Shown here in pieces: positions 11,723 to 24,329 of a DNA stretch of 64,000 nt. The notes under the pieces are model-generated. The model worked only from the letters and a program-made list of their open reading frames with translations, searched no databases and had not been told where the DNA came from. Source of the stretch: Callorhinchus milii. Lineage: Eukaryota. The position numbers and the translations under genes were made by a program. Where the stretch lies: contig NW_024704743.1 in NCBI RefSeq assembly GCF_018977255.1, positions 105,278,001 through 105,342,000 of the forward strand, written 5' to 3'. How positions within the stretch are numbered: position 1 is the stretch's first letter; every line of letters begins with the position of its first letter.

Positions 11723-12810
11723 CAAAGAAAATGGAAGTAATGTGAAATTGAAATTGTTATTAGGGTTTCATCATCAAGTCTAAATTTGGATACAGCATAA
11801 AGTGCAAGAACATAGACTAATACCAAGAAAGACTCAATACTGTAAAGCTATGGTCAGAATATTTATTCAAGAACACCTCACAGATCACATCCACAACTTA
11901 TTTTTTTCTTAAAATAATTAATTTAATTTGTTTAGAGAAAATAAACTTGAATTGATCAAAATGTATATTTTCCCAGTTTTTTCCCCCCTTTCTTTGCTGA
12001 GGGTATTGGCTGAGCACATAACAACAATATTTACATTTGCTGTAGGGGCTTTCATATTGGGAGGACATCCCAAAGGAAATACTGTAAATTGCAGTGACTG
12101 TATTTTGTGGGCACGAAGTGACACTCCTTTGTGAGTCTTGGCAGTGAGTGTTAGCATCTCAATAGATCCGAAGGATCACTCCAAATTAGCCTCTGTGCTA
12201 TTTGCTTTGGATATCTGGATATCTATTAATATGCACTTTTATGTCAATGACTAGCGTTTGCAGGAATTACAGCACAAGCCCATTTTCTCTTCTTAGCTCA
12301 GGGACACGTGCAACATTTGCAGGTTCTCACTGACTCACCCAACTGAACTCAAGACTCAAACTCAGCACAGATCAGGCTCAAACCTGTGATACACTCGTGG
12401 CTTAGTTCACACGTTTTCTTTAACCAAATGAATAAAACGTTCACATATTTTGTATTCCAACAGTTGAAAGGAATGAGTTGTGAGGAATCGCCAGCCTTGA
12501 AAGGAGAGGCCCTGATAAGGGAGAGAATGTGCAATGGGATGTGATATTCATCCAGTGATAATTAGTAGTGCTAATCATTGCAAGGCAGAATAAACTGTCT
12601 ACCTGACAACTGGGAACTGATTTCTCCCTCTGACCTATTCAGAATTCAACCTTAGTTTGAGGAAGATCACTGAAGTCTTTATTCCAAGCCAAGTGCAGCC
12701 TTCTAACTTTTAAATTTATATCTTAAAATTCAGATAGCATGCAGTGAAACACTCAACTTCTGCTCCCCAAGGGCGATAATAATTGCACACCCTCATACTT
12801 GGTATTTTTT

Positions 12811-13184
12811 TAATAATAATAAATCCTTGCATTTGATATAGCGCATTATCACATCTTCAAGACGATTCAAAGCGCTTCACAGAATATACTGTAGTGAATT
12901 CACTGTATATGCTGTGGGCGAAACACGGCAACCAATTGCACACCGCAGGGTCCCACAAACCGTAATGGATTGAGTCCCCAAATTATTAATTTTTTTGTTG
13001 AAGGGATTATTACTTCCGGAAAAGTGATCTGCCAATTGACTAACAACTGGGTTCCTAACTTACTGCTAGGTAAACAGAGGCTTGTGGAGTGAGGAAATTT
13101 GCCTAGGGTTTCGCCCTACTAGGAATCAAACTCAGGTCCTCTTGTTTGCGAGGTTAGTGCTCTAACCACTCAGCTACAGGACCC
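12811..13184 (-). mobile_element. SINE, full-length type
   Basis: Head, body and tail all align with the other copies. Confidence 0.88.
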
Positions 13185-13834
13185 CACAAGCTTGTGGCAG
13201 GGTCCAAAATTAAAATTATTCCTGTCTATGGCACCAGCAATTCAATCCTGAATCATAAGATTACATGTTAAATTAAAAACCAAAAGGCTGCTGCCTAATT
13301 AATGTAAGTGCTCCAAGACACTACCCAGGGTGAATGGTGTTATATAAATGCAAGTTGTTGTATTTTTGCTCCAATTGTAACTCCATACAGCTAGAATAAA
13401 TGGTTAAGTAATTGCGGGTAAAATGAAAAGCTATTGTCTTCCCATTTCTATTGTTTTGATTGTATCTCTAAGGTTCTACTCGGAGATATATCGCAGGTTT
13501 ACGATTGACCAAGTAACTTGTTCAGCAGTAAAAAGTATAAGCTCCCTCCACAGTTCAGCTCGTAAAGGAACTGCTACTGCAATTCTGTACCACACAAACC
13601 CTCTGCCTCCTCTCTCCCAGAATCCTTCCGCCTTGCCCCTCCCGCCCCAGCTCTAAAACCCACCTTAAAATCTATTCTCATTAAAAGAAATCTGTTATGA
13701 CATATGCAAATTAGACCATAAAATAACCCTCTTTGGAACTGTATTGTATAATCACATTTATTTGATAACAGAGTAAATAGATACAGCTTTTGCCTTAAAA
13801 TTTAAGATTATGTAGAACTGTGGACATTTTTAAA

Positions 13835-14160
13835 AATAATAATCCTTACATTGGTAAAGCGCTCTATCATTTCTTCAAGACGGCTCAAAGAGCTTCAAAG
13901 TAGAGTGAATTGACTGTATATTTTGTGGATATACATGGCAGCCAATTGCGCGCAGCAGTGTCCCACAAATAGTGGTGGATTGAGTGACCAACTTATTATT
14001 TTTAAAAAATTTGAAGGGAAAAAAGTGATCGGCCAATCGACAAACAACTGGGTACCTATTTACTGTTATGTAAACAGTAAAGAAACTTACCTGCCCAGGA
14101 AACAAACCCAGGTCCACTTGCTTGCGAGGCGAGTGCTCTAACCAATACGCTATGGAATGC
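13835..14160 (-). mobile_element. SINE, degenerate
   Basis: gcgagtgctctaacca head; gcagccaattgcgcgcagcag body. Confidence 0.85.
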
Positions 14161-16424
14161 CACTCCTTTATATTGTAAATTCAGTCTTCATATGAAAGCT
14201 GATACTTATTACCAACTGTAGAAAATTAGCTTGCAAATTAAAAAATTGTATACTATTTGGGAAAAAAACAGCATTGGGCTTTTGGGTTAAATGTTTTAGA
14301 ATTTGCTTAATTGTTCACAAATTCCTAACCAGAAATGCTTTAGTGAACTGAACTATCTAGCTTTAAATTGATTTTCTAACCACATACAGTAATGTATTAA
14401 ACTATTGTTTTGATCTCAGTTCACACTATCAGTGGGTTTGTCTTCACAGGATTGCACATGACAAATTATATTTAGTTTACCCTCAGGCCAACTTTTACAG
14501 CTGAATGTGTGTATGTGTATCCCACTTATCATTAGTTTCTTGCCAGAAATACAAGAGCCACAAATTAAAAATATTAGGGACATATTATTTTGTTAACATG
14601 TAGCAGATGTGAATTTTGAATGTTTGACAAGAGACAAACTTTTTTCACAATGTTCTCTGTCAATGTGGTTTTTCAACCAGTTTCCAAAAAATGTCATCAA
14701 GTTCAGGAATTAACAGAATGAAACATGTGCTACTGTATTGACAGTAGCAGAGGATTAGACAATTTGCTCAGTCAACATTTAAATATTTTTGTACGTAGCA
14801 TCCTGTTTCCAGTTTTCTCCCTTCCTTCTTCCTATGGCTACCTCCTCATTCTCCCTTGCTTGGCATTCAACCTCACTGTTATCCAGCAATCTGAGGCGCT
14901 ATCCTGTGAGAAGGGTGCTATGTAAATGCAAGCTGTTGTTGACAAGTTGGGTAAACCCTCCCACTTATGTTATCACTTAATTAAACAGCTAAATTGTTTA
15001 GCTTTCTTTAGATTTCTGACTGTCCTGATGGCATTTTGTTTCCAATGAAGTTATGGAATAGAAATTAGTACTATATTTGGTGAGTCTCAGGTTTGAGAAT
15101 TTGTGAAGCTTGATAGCCAAAACCCGCAATACACTTTTACCAAGAACTGAATATTTATGAATAAATCTTGCACTTGTACCAACTATCACATATTGATAGT
15201 GATTGTATCACATCATTGAGATGTTTCAAAGTACCTCATGTTATACTTTAATTGTGTATTGGTATTTGGAGTTGAGTTTGTTATCCTCAAATGCCATGCA
15301 GTAAATGTGACTTGCACTTGTCAACTATTACAAACAATTTAGTTTGCAGATCCCGTAAGTAGTCCAAAAAAAGGATAGAGACTAAATCAAATAGTGAGAG
15401 CAAACAGAAAGAAATGTGTAAAAGCTATTTTCCTCTATGCTGCAACTCCCACCAACACCATCACAATAGGATATGGAAACAGTCATATAGTTAGAGAAAA
15501 AGTGTAAGAACTTTATTTCTTCATCTGTATTTTATTTCTCTATCTCTAATCATAGATAGGTGCATCTACAAATCTATAATTACCAAATGCCTATCCTTAC
15601 CAATTAGGACTATCCTTGTGAATACCAATTTTCTATTTGTCCCTTGGTATATCCGTAAATCAGGCCTGGCAAATTACAATGATGTGGACAGACTACACAG
15701 GCAACTGTTCAGAGATCGTAAGAGATATACAAATATAGTCAATGACAGATCAGGAAAGATGGGCTAGGCAAGATCATTAAATTGATAAGAAAAGGAATAA
15801 CATTTAGGCATCTATTAGTCTCAAAAAATAAAGTGAGCAAAGTCAACAAAAAGAAAATACAGTTTGAGAAAATTAAAGGATGAACAAAAATGTGTCCAGG
15901 CAGAGAATATAGCCTTTGTTACACTTAAGTGTGTAGTTGTCTTTAAATAACTATCTTACACAATTTCGACAGAAATACCAACATTATGAGTAAACCAAAT
16001 TCTGATCAAGGCGCAACTTAAAATGGGCAGAAAGCTTAGTGTTATGTTGTTTAAACTGACATTGATTCCAACTTTTGATTATGTTTAACACGACAGCAAT
16101 TCTCTTTTTAAAATGGTGAAATACTAACAAGTTAACCAATATCCTGCTCGGCAGCAGCAGTATAGCTGTGTTCCCTGGGTGTCATCTTTGGTGGTTGGTC
16201 TTTTGTCACTTCCTCACTCAGAATTCAGCAATCTCACACATCATCACTGACCTACTCCAAGTTGGGGAACAAGGTTTTTAAAAAAATACTCATCAGGAAT
16301 TAGCAGCATAAATGTCTCATGTTGGGTAAAGCACCTTTGCACATGAAATGAGATCTCCAATGAACTCCATGTTCGTAACACCAACTCAAAGGAAATGGCT
16401 TCAATGAATTCTTGAAGAATAACA

Positions 16425-16530
16425 TCTTTTCAAATAGTGCCATGGGATCTTTAACATCCACCTGAACAGGCAAATAGGACCTCAGTTTAACATCTCATTC
16501 GAAGGCTGGCACCTCAAACACTGCGTTGTA
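16425..16530 (-). mobile_element. Old DeuSINE (SacSINE1/AmnSINE1-like) Deu-domain fragment
   Basis: aatagtgccatgggatctttaacatccacctgaacaggca...cctcagtttaacatctcattcgaaggctggcacctc matches the recalled Deu-domain consensus. Confidence 0.7.
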
Positions 16531-17836
16531 TTGATTCAACTGCAACACCGAATCAGATACTTTGGAACTCTTTCTGGTGACTATGTAATTTTGAAGAATG
16601 CATTAAGACTCTGTTCCAGTAAAATGGTAGAACATCACTTAAAAGATCACTAACTATCTGCATGTTGAGCAGCAATGCTGGCAAACCTTTTTTTTAATAG
16701 TTGCACTCATGTTCCACTACTTCCCGAGCAGTGTGAAATGGAGATCTGATCCAGGTAAGTACAAGGTTAGAGAGAGGCCCAGATGTAATATCTATATGGT
16801 TTACAAATCTTCAATTGTTAATTTGTATAGTTATTGTGTTCTCCATTGCACACAAAAATAATAATAATATGGGTAAGACTAGAAAGTGCAGTTTCTCTTC
16901 CCTAATAAACTTAAGTTGAACAGGTTTTGAAAAAACTATCACATAAATGCAAATAAATTAACTAAATTCTAAGTTTGCACTAGATTTATAAATGAGAAGT
17001 TACAACAATCTTACAACAGGGCTTGTTGTATGCTTTCCCATTATTATAGATTTTTGCTCAGTAAGTTCACATTTCTTAATTACGTTCAATAGATTCTATC
17101 TAAACTCAATACCACCTTTTAAGATGCAAATTCCTAAGCTACAGTAGTGGTCATTTATGCAGTTCTGAAGCATAGTATTTCATCCTGAAAAAATACATAA
17201 AAGTATGAATGCTGCAGATCATGAGATTATTATTGATACTTTCTGCAAATTACTTCAGCTCTTTGACTTTGCTGTGGAAATCTCAACACCCAGAGAATGA
17301 GCCACAGACAATTGTTGAATTATGTGATATCACTTGCAGCAAGCAGTCAAGCTGAATAAAGCATTAGATAGATGAAGAAAGATTTCTAGAGTAAAGAGGA
17401 ATGAAAAATTCACAGTCTGAGCTAAAGATTAAGGATTAGTCAATTCCTACTAAATAAGATTTGAAGAACAATTCTCAATTCCAGGCCTGTTTTTTGATGT
17501 TTCTGCTAATAATTAGTTCCAGAACCAGTACTTTTTGCAATAGGATTACACATTGCTTTAAAGATTAAATAAACTGTTCTCTGTTCTGCTGATTAATTAG
17601 TACCATGCCTCTATCCAACTACTCATGGTTGAGAAAACACAAAATATTCATGGCTAAAATATCTATCACTCAGAGAATGTTATTGATCCAGTGCAGGTTA
17701 ACATACAGCTGCAACATGTTTTGCTTACCACAATTCTACTGATAATTACCCACACTTGCGGTTTGAAGACAGTAATAATTGGCAGCAACAAAAAGTAATT
17801 TTTNATGTTTTTGTCTATGCTGAACATAACATTGAG

Positions 17837-18806
17837 TTTATTAAAATTTTAGAAGACATTTTGGATAATGCAGGATCCATAGGTTTAAATCTTTATTGTT
17901 TCAAAATTCTTAATTTGTTTTACAATACAGTAATGTATTACTTGAAGATTTTATAATGCTTAATGTACAATGACAAAATGGTTTTAAAATTATTAACTGA
18001 ATGGAACACTCGTCACGAAGATGAAACCATAGAATGTATTTCAGCTTTAGGTTTTCGGGAAGTCAGTAGTACTGTGTGAGCTGTATTCAGCAAGAGTTCT
18101 TCCCTTCCAATAGGTATACACAAACTGTTGAAAAGTGCATTTTTGTAAAAATACAACTCTGGTGACTGATGCAGACTGACTTGTCACACTCTTCACACAG
18201 GTCTTCACCAAACTGGGCTATGCCTTCTATTTGTTTCTAAGTGACTTCAGTATCTCTCTAGATTAATAGCTAGAATGGAAATCCATGGATGCAAACGCAT
18301 AAAACCTTATATGAGTCATTTGCATGCCAGGAACACTCCTCATTAAATACTTAATGCTTAAATACATATTTTAAGGAAGGGTTCTTAGAACTACTTAGAT
18401 GATAAATTCTTTCACAAAAGGACAAATGCTGGTAATGACAAATTAGCATTAGGATACTCAAAATTGTTTTGGAACAGGCAAATAATATGGCTCGTATGCC
18501 ACAATCTAGTCAGCATGCCCTTTGAAAATAACTTATTTGGTCCATATTTCTAAGTTATCTGGGTAAAACTAAAAGTTCATTAAATGGGATTGATTTATTG
18601 TTTATGCTCTGGGCAGAGCTGCATTCAATATATCTGAATGGGAAGTACAAAAATGAATCACTCCAGCAAATTTCCACATATGTCAATTACATTTGTACCA
18701 CCTCTTCTAAACATCTTCAGAAGCTGCATAATGAATGTTGCACAACAAGCCGAAAAAGGAACTGACAGAAATGAAAGAATGAGCTAACGGGACTTTTTCA
18801 TCATTG
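17837..18806 (-). promoter_or_regulatory. Probable RB1CC1 3' UTR with candidate AATAAA poly(A) signals at 18594-18599, 17892-17897 and 17837-17842
   Basis: Repeat-free AT-rich stretch after the stop codon, with tttatt hexamers on the + strand. The true cleavage site cannot be determined here. Confidence 0.55.
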
Positions 18807-18884
18807 TTATACTTTCTTGTTCCAGGGTACTGCCTTCACTCTGTAAAACTTTGTTCCTAAAGGAACTTTAAATCGGTTTTGAGC
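18807..18884 (-). CDS. RB1CC1: RB1CC1 last coding exon AQNRFKVPLGTKFYRVKAVPWNKKV-stop
   Basis: Hand translation matches the recalled FIP200 C-terminus; tttcag acceptor; TAA at 18807-18809. Confidence 0.97.
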   Translation of the reverse strand, partial: AQNRFKVPLGTKFYRVKAVPWNKKV

Positions 18885-20630
18885 CTGAAATAAATCAAAG
18901 GTAGGTTTATTTTAGTTCACACAATCTGGTCAATCGATAGTACAATATGAGGTATTTCACCTCTTCGGACAGTGCACGCTTGTTGAAATGAAACTTTTTT
19001 AAAAAAACTATGTTGAAATGACATTTGAACCAGGTAACATAGGGAACAGTTAAGTATTACATTCCAAGCCTTTGTTTAGACTGAACATATTTAAGTCTTA
19101 CAAAATGCAACAAGAAGCAACAGTGGTATAAAAAAGTGCCAAGTGCCTTAAAAGTAATGTATGAAAGGACTTAATATTTAAGCCTAAAGACATAACACTG
19201 TATAATCTCACTGTGCACACAAGGATGATAAACAATTAATAGAGCCTCCGCGTTATTAAGTGCCGCGCTGGAGCACAAGTTTGTTTAAAACAATGGCCTC
19301 CTGTGGACTCAAGTACTGCATCAAAAGGATATTTGTAAAGATAATCAAAGCATTTTCCTTTGATGTGCAGATATCACTAAGTGCTACTGGTATGTAGGCT
19401 ATCCTTCTCCACATATAGAATATCCACCTGTTCAGGTAGCTTCTTCACTGACTGGTATTACTATTCCAGAATGTATCACAATCCTCACTGGCGTTCTGAG
19501 AGGCAGCCTGAAGAGCACTATTAAGCATGCTTAATACTATTAAAATTAAGCATGATAGTACAAATGTTAGCTACTTATTGTGAATGGAGTTTTCAAAACA
19601 TTTGGTGCAGTACTTGACATTTTCGCATTGAAACCAGAAATTATGAGAGGTTACAAAAGCTGGGAATCTCCACCCAAAAGAGAAGCCCCAGGAAAGACTC
19701 CAAAAGGCATAGGTGGCTAATAATGATTAATGTGGTCAAAAAATGTATACAACAAGGTTGGGGTGGGGAAGGAGAGTTATTCTCAAGCTCAGGAGATGGC
19801 AAGTGAAAAGCATTCCAGATCGACTCCAACTCCCAGCTCGGGTACAAACCCTCCACTATCCAGCAGTTTGGGATGTCCTCCCCACAGGAAACATGCTTTA
19901 TAAATGAATTTGATGTTGTAATTTTTCAGAGTAATGAATATGCAGGATTGAACAGCCAGAGAAACAGTGGATCGTGTCAGGAATTCAAGGGCAACTTGAA
20001 AACCTATCGGGGAATTGAGTCAATTGAGCCCCATGGCCACATGCAGGATTTATTACTTTTAATTTTTTAAATAAAATTGGTCCTGTACATTTTTATGTTC
20101 CTAACATCTAAAGTCTGAAAAGCCTCAAAGTTGACATTCTGTGTACTAAATAAAATGCATGCGAGTATTTCTTTCAGGCTATTGTGTTAATATTTGTGAC
20201 AGTCAGGTTATTTAATTGTATATTTGATATAAACGCAGTACTTTATTAGGAGTAAATCTGCCAGTTGTTAAATCCTAATTTCAATGTGACTGTTTGGAAA
20301 AGCAGGGTACAAATGAGAGACGTATTGTTAGAGTAGACAAGAATTAAGTGGAGTGCCACACGCGTCAGTGCTTCAACCCTCATTTCTAATCTAGATATCA
20401 TAGATAATTTAGCTGGTCAAAGCATTTTCATATCTGGACTGATTTATTTCACTGAACAGTAAAATTGGCAGAGAATTTTGCCAGACTGAAAATCTGCCTC
20501 CAAGTAACTAATGTAACAAAATAAAAAGTTTGCACATCTGTGTAAATGATGTTTCATAGAACAAATGTTCTTTACTTCATTACTGGATTATACACATACT
20601 ACCTACTACTGGGCTGAAGAGAATCCTTAC

Positions 20631-20701
20631 CTTTTTAGCCTGACAGTATTCCTTTTCCATCACTTTCCCAAGTACCCATGGTCTCCTGGAGGAACCTGGA
20701 A
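20631..20701 (-). CDS. RB1CC1: RB1CC1 Claw-domain exon (V)PGSSRRPWVLGKVMEKEYCQAKK
   Basis: Hand translation; cctttag acceptor, gtaagg donor; 71 bp. Confidence 0.94.
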
Positions 20702-21699
20702 CTAAAGGTAAACTATTTAGTCAATTTTCAACTAAAGGTAGCTTAATTCAAAACATTTTAAAATTTTACCATTCAGATCAAAATCTTTAAACCTTTTTTT
20801 GATTTATACCCAAGTATATTTTCTTTGGTGCTGTCTGAAATGATCCATCAAAACAGTGATAAATCAGATTAATGACAAACAGAATATTCTACAATAAATC
20901 AGACATATTGCACTATAGGTACATATCAATGATTGACTCTGGATTACAGCAAAATTCTCAAATTATTGCACCAGTATCTTAAATCCCCACATTCTGACAA
21001 GGACATTTATTGTAGTTATTGGTTATTTTTCTATAAGCTTTTAAAATACTCTGCTACGCCCACTCTTCACTTCTTATTTTACCCCTGTATTCCCCAAGTA
21101 GTGGTGGATTTATTAGTTAACAAAAAAATTGCTTTTGTACAATATCAATTCAATATCTTTGCTGCCCAGGCATTTGTGGAATCTACATCATTCTGTTGAT
21201 CTTTATAATACCATTGAGTTTTGAAGCATGACTATATAAATTAAAACAATGAAATTGACAAAGCTTTTAAACCCTGGATTGCCTAATACCTTGGGTCACC
21301 CTCCTGACTTGAAAGGCATAATATAAATGTGAATTTGTTGTTAAATATGTTGACTAAATTAGCCGTGTAAACCGGCTCCCAAAGATACAGTATATAGTTG
21401 ATGAAAACTGTGTCAGTACATAAAATTCTATTAATGTTCAGTGTGAAATGCCAATTTCTTTGCTGCATTCACATGCTTAAACGGCTAATGAGGCATTTAC
21501 AAAGAATGTACAGCACAGAAACAGACCACTTGGCCCAAACAGTCCGGACCAGTGTTTATACTTTATGAGTCAGAAGGATGAGGGTGCACAGGAGGCTGTT
21601 CCTCAGTAAATGAATGCTCTGATCTACCTGGTTATTGCCAGGAAGCAGAATTATTTTATTTTCACAATGATTATTCTCATGGCTGCTTCTAGTCTTCAA

Positions 21700-22170
21700 A
21701 GGGTCACCTGTTCAGGCCTCTATTCTTGGCCCTCTCCCATTTCCTATTAATGGGTGTCCCCTTCCGAACATCGCTCACAAGCAAAGGATCAGTTTCTGCA
21801 TTTATGCTGATGACTCACAAGCTCTAACCAACCTTGATTCCTGAGGGGTTTCTGTTCTAACCAACTGCCTGTCAGATCCTGAATGAGCCTCAGTTTCTTT
21901 CTGCTAAACTTCAACAAACTGTGACCAACTTCTTCAGCTCTCACCAGTGTCTACGTGTGACTGACTCTCTCCAGCAACCTCCCTGGAAGCTCCCTCCAGC
22001 TAACCAACACCTGGTTTGACACCCACCCTATTTCAAACCCTAAATCCAGTCCACAACTGTGACCTCTCTCCTATCTTGCAACCATATTTTCATCACCTCA
22101 AGACTAGATTTTTCCAAAGCTCTCTTTACTGGTTTCCCTAACTCCACCCACTATGAGCTCAACTCAAATT
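21700..22170 (+). mobile_element. Highly degenerate L2 RT fragment
   Basis: Remnants of the GS.LGP and YADD (tatgctgatgac) motifs. Confidence 0.6.
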
Positions 22171-22368
22171 GGGTTGGTTTTGTAGCCGGCCTCAAATGGA
22201 AAAAATGGCAGAATTCCAAACGACTCTCATGAATGTTTGGAATTGTGCACATGACAATACGTTTCCAAGTTAAAGAAATTATTATTATTTCAAGATCATT
22301 AAGACCTCATCCTTTAAATGGCAATCGGACATTGTATTGTGATTGCAGTATTTCTTGTAAAACTACTC

Positions 22369-22790
22369 ACAACAACAAGATTGCATTTATACAGCGTCTT
22401 TCACGTCGGGAGGACGTCCCAAGGCGCTGGACAGTTGGGTCGGGACCCAAGCAGGAGGGAAATGGTCAGGGTGAAGGGAGGGAGCGAGGAGGGGGTAGAG
22501 TCGAGAGGTGAGGTGAAGGCACGGTTGAAGAGAAAGGTCTTGAGACCGGCCTTGAACGAGGAAAGGGAGGGAGCAAGGCGAAGGCACTGGGGGATGGAGT
22601 TCCAGAGCCTAGGGGCTGAGAGGCTGAAAGCCCGGCCACCGATGGTAGGGCGGGGGATGTGGAGCAGACCGGAGCCAGAGGAACGGAGGGTACGGGCAGG
22701 TAAGTAGGGGGATAGTAGGTCGGAGAGGTAGGAGGGAGCAAGGCCGTGAATGGCCTTGTAGGTGAGGATGGGGATCTCACGTCATTGTAT
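22369..22790 (-). mobile_element. L2 LINE 3' end, young subfamily
   Basis: Near-identical reverse complement of 26085-26508. Confidence 0.9.
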
Positions 22791-24329
22791 GCAAGAATAG
22801 GTACACAAGGGATCCATCAGGGTACAATTAAATGCTTATAATGAGACTGTTTTTTCATGTAATGTCAGAGTGCTTAAAGTGGCTTCCAAAACACATTTTT
22901 AAGCACCTTGATTTCCCAGGTACAGCATTTTAGTTTTCTGAAGATTGATACAACCACAATCCTGATGCTCAAGTTGTTTTTAATAATAACAATAATACAT
23001 TTTGCATTTGATATAACACCTTTCAAGTCAAGAGAATGTCTCAAACCACTTCACAGGCTGTACTGTAAACTTTTTTTTTTTGGTCAGCTGAGTGTCTGAC
23101 ACATGCACCAAATCATCCATCACCATGCTTAAGAGTATCCAAATCAAACCAAGTTACATGCATTCCCACTTAAATGTAGAAATTCCCAGATATTTTGGAG
23201 ACATATTTCTGAAGATAAGGAAGTGGACAGTCTGAATGAATAAATCCATTGCACCCCACTGAGATTGTAGCATGCCAATCTGAAACCTCTCAGGTTTTCA
23301 CTGGATGAAAAAACAGCTAAATGGTAGATTGTAAAGTTAGGTAAACAAAACACAAAATAAGAATAAAATTATTTAAAAAATTGAGGAATTAGGAAAGGAA
23401 AATACAAAATACAGTCCAATCCACTTTGCAGTATATGTTGTGAACCACTCTGAGACATCATGACAACATGGTAAGGTGCTATATCAAATGTAAGGATTAC
23501 TATTATTTTGTTATTGACTTTCAGTGGCATTGTTTTAATATTACAATAATAACTGCACCTTAATGTTCAAATAGTTCACTGCAATATTAGCATTTTACAT
23601 TATTTGCATTTTTCACTCAGTTGTTGGAATGTGGAATGCTCTTCCAAGTAAGGTGGTAGTGGCAGAGTTCTTTGGGTCCAATGGCCTCCTTTAGCACTGT
23701 AAATTTCTATGATTATATAACAAAAAATGTTCACCTACAACAAATATTTTACCACACTTTACAGTAAATCCTGCAAAGTGCTTTGATGTGAAAGGCAAAA
23801 TTATCAAATTGAGTAATAATTACTTGCATATAACATAGTGCCTTATCATGGAAACCTGGAGGGATTATAGTTAGGTTTTAAGAAATGTAATAGAATGAAT
23901 CTCACAATAGAACTCAAACATCCTCCAAGTGTTGTGGAACATACCCCTACAACAGTTTGTTAAAGTCGATAACCAAATATAGGGAAATTCGGAATGTGAT
24001 ACAGTCATGAGGCTGTCAAAGTGATTAGACCTGACACCACTAGTAGCAGCCAACGGATTGCCAACTGCGGGGAATCGTAACTTTATTATATAATATAGAG
24101 GCAAGTATTGCTAACTGTATCAGTAGCCCTGAGACCCAATAAAAGTTAAGAGATGCATTAATAAAGACATTTATATTGCGCACATTCTTAAATATACAAA
24201 ACAGTTGAAACTTTCAGCATTGCCACCCATGTACTGTCGCATGCAAAGAATTGTGGTGGAAACCAAAGCAGCATTCTGTGCAGTCACAATGTTTCTTGGT
24301 CAGTGCAAAGTAAATAAATCTGGGGAGAG

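Noticed and set aside
12180..12410. Possible additional ancient SINE remnants (also near 32330-32420 and 46960-47120)
   Set aside because: Too degenerate to support a call by eye.
5400..17800. Neighbouring gene such as ALKAL1, expected from human synteny
   Set aside because: No recognisable exon or CpG-rich promoter seen.
17804..17804. Ambiguous base n (another at 45637)
   Set aside because: Assembly ambiguity next to homopolymer runs, not biology.
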